A stretch of 64,000 nucleotides of DNA from Octopus sinensis (lineage: Eukaryota). Within the stretch, counting starts at the first letter, position 1; every line of letters begins with the position of its first letter. The stretch is from contig NC_043003.1 of assembly GCF_006345805.1 (NCBI RefSeq), positions 35,154,001-35,218,000 of the forward strand, written 5' to 3'. Shown here one piece after another: positions 44,120 to 56,849 of this stretch. The notes under the pieces were generated by a model that had not been told where the DNA came from, did no database searches, and saw nothing but the letters and a program-made list of their open reading frames with translations. The translations under genes were made by a program, and so were the position numbers.

Positions 44120-44938
44120 CTGACAATGATAGTATCAATACTTCTACGACGAATTTTACTATTACTACCTCTACTACTGCTGCACAACCTCTCCTACTCA
44201 GATTTTACTATTGCTGTTGTTGTCGTTATAGTTGCCACTGCTGCTTCTGCTGCTGCTGCTGCTAATGTAAATATTACAGTTACTAATTTCCAAACCCCAA
44301 ATCGCTCATTTCTATCCGATTCGGACTGAGAAATTTATTGTGCTGAAATAGTAATTCTATAGAACTACTGTTTGTATTCAGACCATTATAAACTAATGCA
44401 GTGCAACCTGGCATCTCTATGTCTCAAGGGATCTGTGAACTGTCCCCTAAGTCATCGTGCCACGATACAATAAACTGTTATATGTTCGTTGAGACAGACA
44501 CTGAGAGAGAATAAAAGAAAAGCTTTAACACTTATATATATATGGTAAAAGAATATCTTGTACAAAATATTATATTGTTTTGTTTTACTTTGGTTGAATA
44601 AGAAGATCCTCAGAGTGGCAAAATAAAGGGATTCTGGTGCCTAAAAACCTTGTTGTGCAGGATGACCTCCCTCTACGTAAGGATTTTTCTATCCACACAA
44701 TGTGTAAACATTAACTCGTAAACGCAGATATATGAATGTTTGTATAAGTGTAGGTACATGCAGGTACAACTAATACCAAAATACACACAAATACAGATAC
44801 AGGCACATATATATGCTTTCGCTCTCTTAATATTTATTTTAGATGCCTTTTATATATGAGTATGTACGTGTGTGTGTGTGTGTGGTGTGTGCGTCTGTAT
44901 ATCTACGTATGCATGTTTATATATGTGTGTGTGTATTT

Positions 44939-45038
<100 letters not shown>

Positions 45039-45821
45039 TATATACACACGCTCATGCATAGGCCTTGTTGTAATTGTTTAACTCCGGCTTACGTTGATTA
45101 GCAAGACGTATCATAAAAAGTGGTCCAAATATGATTATTCTGACCTTGTTCATACAAAATGAAAGTAGGACTACTTGACTAAACGCCGACTATTTTTATG
45201 TTACTAGTGTGGTTTACGGGGAATACATTCGGCAGCGACATTTACTACATCGAGCGAATGCTAAGTGTAAGCGTCATAGTATGTGTATGTCTGTGTGTAA
45301 ATGTTTACATATGTGGGAGTGTGTTTACTGTTCGCAAAATGTCACTCTAGTGGACTTTATTATAGACTCCATCGCATCGGGTGGAGGAAAGAGGAATAAA
45401 GAAAAATAAAGAATAGAAACACGGTGACAAAATGCTGAATACTAAAATAGTATGTGATTTTAGTGTTATAACGTGAAACTAAATTACTAAGCCAAAATAA
45501 TTTGCTGAAAATTATTTTCCTCTTCTTTACATTTCACTGTACTTATATATTTGCATTTATTTACACCTAAGATGACCTGGGTACTTTATCTGACGTATAA
45601 TAATTAGGGTGAAGTAATTCAAAGCATCAGATACAAAAATGAGTTTGACCCAGTGAAACATAACCAGATAAGTCAAGTTAATTGGGGTTGTTATTGTTCT
45701 TTAGCACTGATTGAACAAAGAAGTTCCATCTGTGACTAAATCATCATTCACCATACATTTTGCATTACATTATCCGTAGTGTTCGGATATCTTAGAAGAC
45801 ATCAGCTTATGATTTGAGTTA

Positions 45822-46032
45822 GAAGGGTTGCTGAAAAGTTCGTGGCTTTGGGTAAAAGAAAATATAGGAGGATCAGTTAATTATTATTTTATTCAATATA
45901 TTCCCCTCTCAGATTGACACAGTAATTGCAGCGGTCCTACAATTTTTCTAAGCTTTGTAAAAGAACTCGGAATGTTGAGCCTCCACCCAAGACGCGATAC
46001 ACTTAAGCCAGGAACTTTCCAGCAGCACCTTG
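45822..46032 (-). mobile_element. Internally deleted mariner derivative (MITE-like), 211 bp
   Basis: TA at 45820-21 and 46033-34. TIRs GAAGGGTTGCTGAAAAGTTCGTGGCTT and (rc) CAAGGTGCTGCTGGAAAGTTCCTGGCTT. Minus strand keeps a transposase C-terminus DRCNYCVNLRGEYIE* at about 45890-45937. Confidence 0.85.
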
Positions 46033-46145
46033 TAGACATGCATGATATTTCTAACAAGCTAAGTGGCCAAGTAAAAATCTCTTAGCTCATGGTTATCTGT
46101 AAACATTGGACCTGTGTATTAGTATTTGCGCTATGAGTTCGTCGA

Positions 46146-46302
46146 ATGTATGTCTGTATGTAAATGTATGTATGTATGTATGTATGTATGTATGTATGTA
46201 TGTATGTATGTATGTATGTATGTATGTATGTATGTATGTATGTATGTATGCATGTATGTATGTATGTATCTATGTATGTATGTATGTATGTATGTATGTA
46301 TA
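46146..46302. repeat. (TATG)n microsatellite
   Basis: Directly visible. Confidence 0.95.
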
Positions 46303-46592
46303 TACTGACACGTTGCAGTTCCTGATCCTCTGAAGATGAAGGCTCTTGACTGGTGCATAAATTTTCTTCCACCATTCACTTCTTGGGATGTTCATGAATG
46401 CTTTTTTCTACGTAAAACTGACAAGTGCTGAATCAGAGCCAATCGCACCAGTTTTTGAAAACACGATTGCTATTTCTTCAGTACTTTCTCTGTTACTCTA
46501 TCTCTCTCTGTGTCTCACTTACTCTTTCTGTGTCTCTCTCTCTTTCTCTCTGTCTTTCTCGACAAGCACACACGCACACGCACACACGCACA

Positions 46593-46646
<54 letters not shown>

Positions 46647-46805
46647 CACAGATTCATCTTTTTCCCCTCATCTCTATACTTTTCTTCCTCTATCTTTCGT
46701 CTTGATCTTTCAGTCTGTCTGTTCGTTACTGTCTTTGTCATTGTCTCTCTGTTTCTGTCTCTATCTCTCCCATTCTCTCTCTCACCCTCACTCTATCTCT
46801 CTCTG

Positions 46806-46851
<46 letters not shown>

Positions 46852-47653
46852 ATAGTTATTTAGATTCATGTGTAGTATTAAATCAAATGTAGACCAAGGA
46901 AACCGTAATGATATTCAAAGTGCCCCGTCCCTTTTTTTATTTATATTAATTATTAATTCTGACGCAATCAAAACATCAACGGCCACCTCTACAGGATATT
47001 ATATATAAAAAATGATTGGTATCGATGATCTATCATTTTCTTTGGAAACAGAGTGGGAACATTTTTTGACCTGTTAATTAAGGCGTTAAATTAGGGTTTA
47101 TATTCAAGCCTGACACAATGGATATTTTTTTAATGTTCCTATCCGAGCGTAGGTATTTATTTATTTTTTTCAATAAGTTTCACATATTCGATACAATGAC
47201 TTATAATTCGACGCAGGCATAATGAAATAGTCGTCTGTTGCCATCTACAGTATATTTTCTTATCTATTACTTAATGTAAGGCAAGCTGCAGTCTATGGGT
47301 ACAAGAAATTGTAAAATATTCTAAATGTGAATTATAGATTGAGGTTTACACTGTCAATATGATGAATTTACAAATTATTTATAAATTGAATTTTAAAAAA
47401 TGGGTTAGAAAAATAACATTATCATTTGAATAATTTTCCAAGTTTCATGAAAAAACTGGCAAAAAGTCATGTGCATGATTGGATCTTCTTCAGTTTCTTC
47501 TCGAGAACATCATGTAAAAATTGCTACTTTGATTTCAGGGTCACCAAAGCTAAGTTGAGCATCTCATTGATACCGTGGTGGAAGTTTTTATATCGAAGTA
47601 TTTCTTTATGAGTAATCTTTTTCATCATTGTAAAAGGGATTCAAACTCCATAG

Positions 47654-47732
<79 letters not shown>

Positions 47733-48373
47733 CGTGTGTGTTATATAAAGAGTTCATCATCGTCATTATCATAGTTGTGATTGCTATTTTTTTCCTGATT
47801 TCATTTTCTTCACCTGAAACATCCCAGCTTTGTTCAATTTTCATTTGGTTTCAATCTGTATTTGTACCGTTTTCTCTTTCGCTTTTCGCTTGTTCTCTTT
47901 CGAATGTCTCCATCCCTCTGTGTCGCGCTCTCTCTATCTCCTTTCCTCTTTCTCTCTCTCTCTCTCTCTCACTTTCTCTCTCTCCCTCTTCAGATTCGTT
48001 CTCTTTCCACATACTTTTTAATATACATGTTTTCTATATATTTTTGCTGCTTGTCATCTCTGACATTATAAACATCACTTCCTATTTTTTAGCCTCTCTT
48101 TCTCTTCACATTTTTCCCCCTTCCCTCTCTCTCTCAATTTTTTAATCCTTTCATTCTATTTCTTTTAAACTATCGCTTCACCTCCTTCCTCTCTGTTCTT
48201 TATCTCTTCTCTTTGCTCGCTTTCTCAATATTTTTTTCCACTTTTTAATTATTGTCATTTCATCTTTTTTTTGTCTTAATGTTATTATAATTTTTTCTTC
48301 ACTCCTTTCCAACTTTTACTTTTATCTTCAATTGATGTTTAGTTTTCTATGCCAATTCCGTTGTTATATGTAT

Positions 48374-48404
<31 letters not shown>

Positions 48405-50104
48405 TCTATTTATTGTAACGTATTATTTATTTTCGTTCTAAGTCCATGCTTACTCCTTTCTGGTTCAGTCTTCCCTTCTCCTCTCCTATATCCTCACTGT
48501 CTGCTAAGGCTGTCAATGCAGACACTATTTCTCCATTGTCTCCTGGTACCTGTTCTTTAATGCTGTCTGTTTGGTTTTCTGTCGGAATATCTCTTTCGCT
48601 GTTACACTCCATACCCTAAAATTATTTCACTTACTTTGCCTGTCTTCCCTGTATCCAGTTATTGATTTCTTGCATAGATATAGGCCACCACATTATCAGA
48701 CAAGGGGCATGTGTAGTATTCATGCCTTTCTGAAATGTATTATTGACATGAAGTTAAGTGAGATTACAACAAACGGGAATCGAAACCTCGTCCCATATTG
48801 TCCCATATGCAAGTTGTAATTTGTCTAATCTCGTGTAATGGAACTATACACCCTGTAATATATTCGACTATTTGTTCATGGTATACTAAAAAGAGCATGA
48901 TTTTCATGCCTAAGTGGAGTGAGTTGGTTTTAATGGTAAGTGGAAACAGGTTTATGAATGCAGCTTGTCAGCAACTTGACTGTCTTATAAATCTCAACGT
49001 ACACAGTGTGCTGTACACTGTCCAGGTTGGTGACTAATAGCTCTAGTCTTAAAGCGTTCAGTGACGAGTTTGCTTTTTATTTTCCTGTGTCTACTGCTGT
49101 TTGTTTCAATGCGAAATGGGTGAAACAACAACATATTTGGCTTTATAGGTATACTCTAACATATACTTTATAGGTATCCTGTACTATATTATAGGTATAC
49201 TTTATAGGTCTTTCATATAATGACAGCCGATATAATTATTGGTCGATTGGTTAATTTCACTAGTCACATCTTAGAGATAGGATGAGAGTGTAAAGGAGCA
49301 ATACATAGAAATTCAATATAAGAGGTGTATGGTGAGTACGCATACTAGGCTTTATGGCAGGGAATGACTAAAATAATGCTACGTACCCACTAGACGACTC
49401 AAAAAAAATCATAGAAAAAGATAGTAGCTATCCGAGGAGTTATTAATGAGAATTTTTAAATTCAATTTCATTTTAAGTTAATAAATATCTTTATTTATTA
49501 AAATTTGTATACATTTCTTTGTTCTGTATCAGCATTAAAATCTTAGAAAAGTTCAATTATATTTATTTTATGCATGCCATATTTTCTGATGTTATCCAAG
49601 TAAACGAAAGTATGCTTTGCAGTAGAGATAAATGTTAAAAGATGTTAAAAACATCTGGTTTCGCAATCAAAGGGTCCGAGGCTCTACGAAGCTATTTCAC
49701 CGTCTGATGAGACGTCGACTGCTGCATTTGAAGACATAATTCAACAAACAGTTCTTTTTGCACAGGAGTATTTTCTCTAAATGGAGGGCTGAATGGAAGA
49801 CTTAATGGGGGACTTAACCAGAATGTCCTGCATCTAAACAAATACGTCCAAGTGAAGATTTTATTCTTTCTAAAATCCGCCATGAAAAGATTTCATGTCC
49901 CAATATCTCGTTTAAATCGGGAGCCCAATAAATAATTCATGTTCTTTGTATCTACCTCTCATTCACTCTCCATCTCACCCTTCACAATTTCCTTTTAACT
50001 CTTCGTTTCATTTATAAGTTCATTCTTTCACATTTTGAATTTTTCCTTCATTTCTTTCACTCATTTGACATTTATTTCTACTTTGTTCTCCGCTGCCGAC
50101 AAAA

Positions 50105-50124
50105 TCTCTCTTTCTCTTTCTCTC

Positions 50125-50188
<64 letters not shown>

Positions 50189-50522
50189 ATCTATCTATCT
50201 ATCTATCTAACTCTCTCTCTCTCTATCTCTCTCACACACACACACACACACACCACACACACACACACACACGTACACATTCTTACTCACACTTCGTATA
50301 CAGTTATCCGATATGGATTTTGTTCTGGTCCTGTAAAGTTTCTATGGTCCCTTTTATACCTCAATATAATCGATCGGTGCTATTTTTTCTTCTATAACTG
50401 TATTGTCAACTAATGCTGACATAGTACACTTTTCGGTCTCTTAATGTGTGCCATTACTGCTTTCAATGACTATAGTAAATACGTATGCACAGTTTTCATT
50501 TTCATCTATCTATTTATCTATC

Positions 50523-50621
<99 letters not shown>
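50105..50621. repeat. (CTAT)n tracts with (CT)n/(CA)n
   Basis: Directly visible at about 50125-50270 and 50505-50621. Confidence 0.93.
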
Positions 50622-51084
50622 AATTTTTCTAGCAAGCTATTTTCTTTTATTCCTCTCTGATTACATCTATTTACTAATGCTTTACTTTGTCCATTTCTTG
50701 CTTCCGTTCATCCTCCATTTGTCTGGTCATCATATGACCTTCCTGTCACGTTACTGACCTGCAGGTAGTCTATTTCAAATTCACTGTATTTTCTTTAACC
50801 CCATATCATTCCTAATTACCCTTGCACACACACACACACATGTGCTTTCCCCACAGTCCCTTTATCTGTTTTCTCTCTCCTTCGTTCCACCCCTTCAAAC
50901 CAACAGGACTTTCAGATACATACATACAGACATGCACACACGCACACACACACATATGTACATGCACACATAAGTAAGTACATACATACATACACATATA
51001 TATATTCATACATACGCAGATGTATACACGGTTCTTTCTGTTTTCCTCTCTGTGTCACTCTCGCTCTATCTCTCTAACTCTCTT

Positions 51085-51268
51085 AGGCAACACTGTCGTG
51101 GTTGCACGCTCCCTTTGCAACCAAGTGGTTGCGCATTCAGTCCCACTGCGCGCAGTATGGGCAAGTATCACAATGTCCTGTGAATGAATTTTGCTGATGG
51201 AAACGGTGTGGAAGACTATCGTATGTATATGTTGTGCGCATGTGTGACTGTGTGTGTGTTCTTGTGTA

Positions 51269-51319
<51 letters not shown>

Positions 51320-51455
51320 GGGAGAGTGTGTGTGTGTGTGGGGGGGGGTGTTTGTGCGTGTGTTTGAGTTTGTCCCCAATCACCGTTTGGCAAGCGGTGT
51401 TGATTTGTTTACGTCTCTGTAATTGAGTTATTCGGCACAAGCGACAAATTAAAGT
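51085..51455 (+). mobile_element. SINE family B copy with internal (TG)n/(GA)n expansion
   Basis: GCAACCAAGTGGTTGCGCATTCAGTCCCACTGCGCGCAGTATGGGCAAGTATC is homologous to the head of the copy at 56348-56566. Confidence 0.7.
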
Positions 51456-51663
51456 CTGTCTTCTTTCCGTTTTCGCCTTCATTTCTTTCTTTCACGTTCC
51501 TCCTCTCTTTGTACTTTATTCTCCCGTCCTGTATCCTTTCAACTTAAAAGTTTCGATGCAAGTCCTTAATACTTTCTTCCTTTCTCTCTCCGTTTCACTC
51601 TATCCTCCAACTCGATATTCACACACAGACACACTCACGCTTATATATATATATAATATATAT

Positions 51664-51696
<33 letters not shown>

Positions 51697-52140
51697 CCCT
51701 TTCATAAAATGTACAGTCTCGCAACTCTTATTCAACTGCCCTTAGCTTACATCTACCTCTCTTTCTTCCACGCTTTCTCGTTCTCTCTTCTACATAATAT
51801 TCCGTGCTTTTGTTCTCACTGACTCTACAGATTCTTCTCACCTTTATTCCTCAACCACATTCCTCTCGCTGTGAGTTCTTTGCAGCAAATATATCTACAG
51901 TCACTGACTTTAAAATCGCTCTCTTCGTTTCAGTATTAGTTCCGTGCTCTAACTCACTCTCTATCTGTCCATCTACACATCTCACCTACATCTGCTATTC
52001 TAACCCCTCTATCTTGCGTGTCAGTTATTGACGCTCCCATTCTTTCCGTCTCTAGCTTATTTTCTCTGTCTCGCACATATGTACATACTGAATGTATATA
52101 TTATAATAAATAAATAGAATATAATATATATATCGCGCAC

Positions 52141-52174
<34 letters not shown>

Positions 52175-52770
52175 AATGTGTGTGTGCGTGTGTATATTTC
52201 CAAACATCTCTTCCTTTCTCAACTTTCTCCTCCAGTTCAAAATTCATTCCCTCCGTTTCTAGCTCTCTTTGAATACGCCACGTTCAGTCACAGCAACTCT
52301 ATCTACGCTCTCCCGTCTAACCTAAATAACCGAACATTCTTCGAACTGCCAGTACGGAGCTGCCAACATACCTATACAGACATGTAGTCCTGTTCCGCTT
52401 CCTCTCTCTACAATCTATTCAAGCACTCCTTCCTGAACACAAACCGAACTCGCCTCCATTGTTCAGCTGCTGTTGTTCATTTTACCCTTCCGTTCAGTTG
52501 TACTTCTCTCCACCTTTCAGTTCCTGCAGTTTCATTCAATTTTTAAAAATAAATGTATGCACTAACATATAGATTACTACCTGCAATGAGTAGCACATTA
52601 ACACTTGTATTTATTCATGAACTTAACAAATATCTATCTATCTATCTATCTATTTATCTATCTTTCTTTCTTTCTATCTATCTATCTGTATGTAATATAT
52701 CTCCAATTGTGTGCGTGTATGTATACGAGTGCATGTTAGCACACACATACAAGTATGTATGTGTGTATAT

Positions 52771-52822
<52 letters not shown>

Positions 52823-52874
52823 ATATATTCACTCACACAGATTTATATATATATGTATATATACATATATACAT

Positions 52875-53250
52875 ACGTTATAGAGAGACATTGCACAGAG
52901 AGAACGAAGAAGTAAAAGGAAAGAGAACAAGTTATACTTAATATTGGAATACTCTATTCTATTTGTGTGTATAAGCATGTGTGTGTGCGGGCATGTATAT
53001 ATATATATATATATTTGTGTGAGTGTGTGTGTGTGTATGTATGTATATTATGTATATATACATATATACATACATAATATACATACATATACACACACAC
53101 ACACACTCACACAAATATATATATATATACATGCCCGCACACACACATGTTTATACACACAAATAGAATAGAGTATTCCAATATTAAGTATAACTTGTTC
53201 TCTTTCCTTTTACTTCTTCGTTCTCTCTGTGCAATGTCTCTCTATAACGT
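52875..53250. repeat. 376-bp near-perfect inverted repeat (fold-back palindrome)
   Basis: ACGTTATAGAGAGACATTGCACAGAGAGAACGAAGAAGTAAAAGGAAAGAGAACAAGTTATACTTAATATTGGAATACTCTATTCTATTTGTGTGT... from 52875 is the reverse complement of the sequence ending at 53250. I see one substitution in the non-microsatellite part plus repeat-length differences. Centre near 53062. Confidence 0.97.
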
Positions 53251-55079
53251 TCTCTCACTATGTACATATACGCAGCAACACATACCTACAAACATATTAC
53301 TATATAATTACACTTGATCAGACGCTGTTCATTAAATCTATTACTTATACATTTTCCTCCCTTAATCCTAGCTTTATACCTGTAATAATTATTTTGCCTA
53401 TTCTTTTTTTTTTTCCTGTTTTCTTTTCTTTTTTTTTGTTTTGTTTTGAAACAGGCATTTTGTCGTTAACTTGAGCGTATTTTTTCGATTCCTCTATTAG
53501 TACGTACATTCATCCATTCCGCTCTCCATCCATCCATCCATCCATCCATCCATCTATCTGTCTACCTACCTTTTTTCGATCTATCTATCTATCTATCTAT
53601 CAATCTATCTATCTATCTATCTCACTCCTTCCACACACATTCACACAAATATTTCCCCACACATAAGCATACCCACCGATGCAATAATACATACAGACAG
53701 ATTTTTCCATCATTTTCTGCCGTTTTTCTTCATTGAATGGAACCTAGTCCCCATTCTTTTCATGTATTTTTTTTACACTTGCTTATATATTTTCGACTTA
53801 CCTCTATCCACTTTCCACTCTTCGCTCTCTATATTCACATCTATCATTTCCTATCCTCAAACATTCTTGCTCCAGTTTTTCACCTCATTCCCAGATTAGA
53901 CTCCATCCATTTGAACGTCCCCCCCCTCTCTCTCTCTCTCTCGCTCTCTGTGTCTTCCTTTCTGTAACTCCCCCTCTCTCATTTCCGTCAAAGTGTCCTA
54001 TGTAATAATTACGGTCCATACTACACTAATATTTCTGTTTTCTCTCTCTTTACTTACTATTAAATGATGCATCACACCCATACTTTCTACCATACCTATT
54101 GCTGTATCCCTTCTTTCGTTCCTACACCAGATTTAACCACTCACCTTAAGTGCTTCAAGAAGGATTCGGCTCCAAAACTTTGTACGTACACATTAATCTA
54201 GCGAATATTTCTCTGGATGCAAGCAAAATAATAAAAAGAAAAAGAATAAAAAAAGGCTCTACTTAATTCTTCTAGATATCTTTTCTTTATTTTCTTATAC
54301 GCTTTATTCGTTCATTTAGCAATTTTTCCGTTTTATTATTTTATTTTTTTAATTTTTCTCTCCGCTTTTTCTTTTTCTCCTTTCTCCGTCATTCCGCCTA
54401 TTTCCTACATCTATTCTTATTTCATCTAACTATTCCTTTTCTTTTCAATATTTACCAATTTCTCGTTATTATTTATTTATTTATTTACTTCGACTTTTTG
54501 CTTTTGTAGTTTATTCGGTCATTTTCCCCTCTTTACTCCTTCCCAGTTTCTTCCGTTTCTCTGCTAAATCTTTCTGTTAATTCCGTCAACCACTATCACA
54601 GCCACCATCACCATCGCCCATATGTATTTTTCTTTCTTTCACACAAACACACACACACACATTCTCTCTCTTTCTCTCTCTCTTCCTCCCTCTCTCGATT
54701 GTCGTTCATTTTCTTATTTATTTTTCTCTTTTTACCCAACTACTTTCCTAAACCTTCCCATGTTAAACTTGACTTGCGTGAAATATCGATTGAGAGAATA
54801 CTTTCATGTAGTAGGTCCAGCAATAGCATTTACAGTTTCGACGGCTCTGCACTGGAATCAGTAGATTTTGTTTCGTTGCTTATGTCCCAGACAGAAACAA
54901 AGAATGCCAAAGCCAAACGAACGGTGCACTAGAATACAGAACAGATATTTATCGGAGTAGATCGGTACTTTGGATGGTTAGCAATTGTTGTGAGTGCGTG
55001 AATGCCCAATTTTTGTTCAACAACTCATATTTAGGCGGTAGCAATCCCAAAATTTATTTCTTATATGCAAGACACTAGA

Positions 55080-55080
<1 letters not shown>

Positions 55081-55145
<65 letters not shown>

Positions 55146-55196
55146 TTATGATCATCATCATATTGTTGTTGTTGTTGTTGTCGTCGTCGTCGTCGT
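55081..55196. repeat. (TTA)n-(TCA)n-(TTG)n-(TCG)n trinucleotide series
   Basis: Directly visible. Confidence 0.93.
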
Positions 55197-55480
55197 GGTA
55201 CTGACTCTGAATCTAGTTGTGTTAACAATAGTAACAACAAAGATTATTACGATTTATAATAAATACCACGAGGTATTTACGACGGATTTATTAGATTGAA
55301 TTGATCATAGTATATTACTGGTAATTGTCCTTTGACTGCCGATAGACTGTAATGCAAAATAAATACGCTAACCTTGGACTCAAAATATACATATTCAGAA
55401 CGTATATTCGATTTTTTTTTTCATTTCTGTCACCCTGCATAATGATAACAAGTTACATTCTGATGATAATAATTGTTCTT

Positions 55481-56047
55481 AATTTTGGCCGAAGGTCGCT
55501 ACATTTGAAGGAAGGGATTCAGTCGATACAATCGACTCTAGTACGTTAGTGGTACTTAAGGTATCGAGTCCAGAGGGATGATTGTTTAATTTGACCAAGG
55601 CAGGGTTTTTGACTGCGTAACCTAACCGGAACACAAAGAAACATGCATTTCTCTGACACTCTAACGATTCTTACATTCTACTACACTTAAATACTTCTAT
55701 TTTAAGCAGACAACCAGCAATCTATTGGGTTGGTAGGTTAACCGATATCATCGTAATCAGTTTTTGGCAGGTGGATTTAGCAAGTGCATTTTTAAAAGTA
55801 TATACCAAATTGATGAAAGAGAAAGTTGACTTCGACAGTGTCTCATCATAGAACCGTATATAAATACTGCCAGACATCATAGAACCACTTTTAAATACTA
55901 CCAGACATTTTGTACTAATTTGAGCACCAGGCCAGCAATTTTGAGGGATATGTGATTAAGCGAATACATATACACCATTCTTAAATTTTACATTATGGTA
56001 TCAATCCCGGAGGGATGAAAGACGAATTTCGGGTTTCATGTTAGAAC
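55481..56047 (-). mobile_element. Three head-to-tail degenerate SINE family A copies (about 55481-55680, 55700-55910, 55915-56047)
   Basis: Each shows the pattern TTTTGGCAC..GCCAGCAATTTTG..GG...AGTCGAT..ATCGA...GGATGAAAG..AAAGT.GAC seen in the copies at 7220 and 11924. Confidence 0.65.
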
Positions 56048-56105
56048 AGTGGTTCCCAACACTTTTATTTAGATGAGCTTCCCCACGGATCACTTTTAAT
56101 ATTCT
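56047..56105 (+). mobile_element. Single hAT(Charlie)-like terminus
   Basis: CAGTGGTTCCCAAC matches the CAG(T/G)GGTTC(T/C)CAA TIR type. No partner TIR found in the window. Confidence 0.4.
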
Positions 56106-56113
56106 TATCCATT

Positions 56114-56194
<81 letters not shown>

Positions 56195-56210
56195 GTAATA
56201 CGTGACAATT

Positions 56211-56290
56211 CGGTAGCTATGATAAAACTCAGAGTTTCGGATGTCGGGGTGGAAATCCACGCCGTCTTCTCTTCAGTTATCCGGCCACCG
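56211..56290 (-). ncRNA. Type I hammerhead ribozyme motif (probably a Penelope-like pseudo-LTR remnant)
   Basis: Minus strand: CGGUGGC CG GAUAA CUGAAGA [GAAGACGGCGUGG AUUU CCACCCCGACAUCC] GAAA CUC U GAG U U UUAUC AUA GCUACCG. Intact core CUGAAGA/GAAA, stem I GAUAA:UUAUC, palindromic stem III ACUC-U-GAGU, GUU triplet. Confidence 0.8.
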
Positions 56291-56347
56291 GAAAAAATCG
56301 CCATCAGGAAAAATAGCCATCGGAAAAAATAGCATTTTTTTAATGGC

Positions 56348-56566
56348 TTTAACTCGTTTCAGTCATTTGACTGTGGCCATGCTGGAAGACTGCCTTTAGT
56401 CGAAGAAATCGGCCCCAGGACTTATTCTTCGTAAGCCTAGTACTTATTGTATTGGTCTCTATTGCTGAACATTAGTAGAAGATACTTGCCCAAGGTGCCA
56501 CGTAGTGAGACTGAATCCGGAACTATATGGTTGAAAAGATGCTTACCACACAGCCACGCTGGCACC
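56348..56566 (-). mobile_element. tRNA-derived SINE, family B (CORE-like)
   Basis: Minus-strand A-box CGTGGCTGTGTGGTAAG, B-box-like GGATTCAGTCTC, followed by GGCACCTTGGGCAAGT (CORE-like motif). Confidence 0.85.
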
Positions 56567-56849
56567 ATAATAATTTTCTATTAGAAACGTTTATAAAGCT
56601 CTATGACAGAGTATCATGTGTCAACAAAATGTAAGAGCAAGGTTTACATCAATACCATATCAACAGGCAATTCAATTAAAATCCATATCGAAGTCGTGTG
56701 TACTTTGAATCTAATACATAAAAATACGAAAAATGATGTGAGCAATAGAAGTATGTGGTAGAAACTTCATTGTCACCGATAAATCAGAAAAGACATAAAT
56801 AGACCAATGGGTAAGATATCTTAATTCTATATGTATACTGTACAGTTAC

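Noticed and set aside
44044-44329. Poly-Ala/Cys ORFs (also 32003-32247)
   Set aside because: (GCA)n/(TGC)n trinucleotide tracts without coding context.
49704-49725. CTGATGA GACGTC core-like motif (also CTGATGA at about 36384)
   Set aside because: No correctly placed GAAA with a paired stem II.
54150-54185. TTCAAGAAGGATTCGGCTCCAAAAC, possibly a decayed minimal hammerhead
   Set aside because: Several core positions are wrong and there is no supporting element context.
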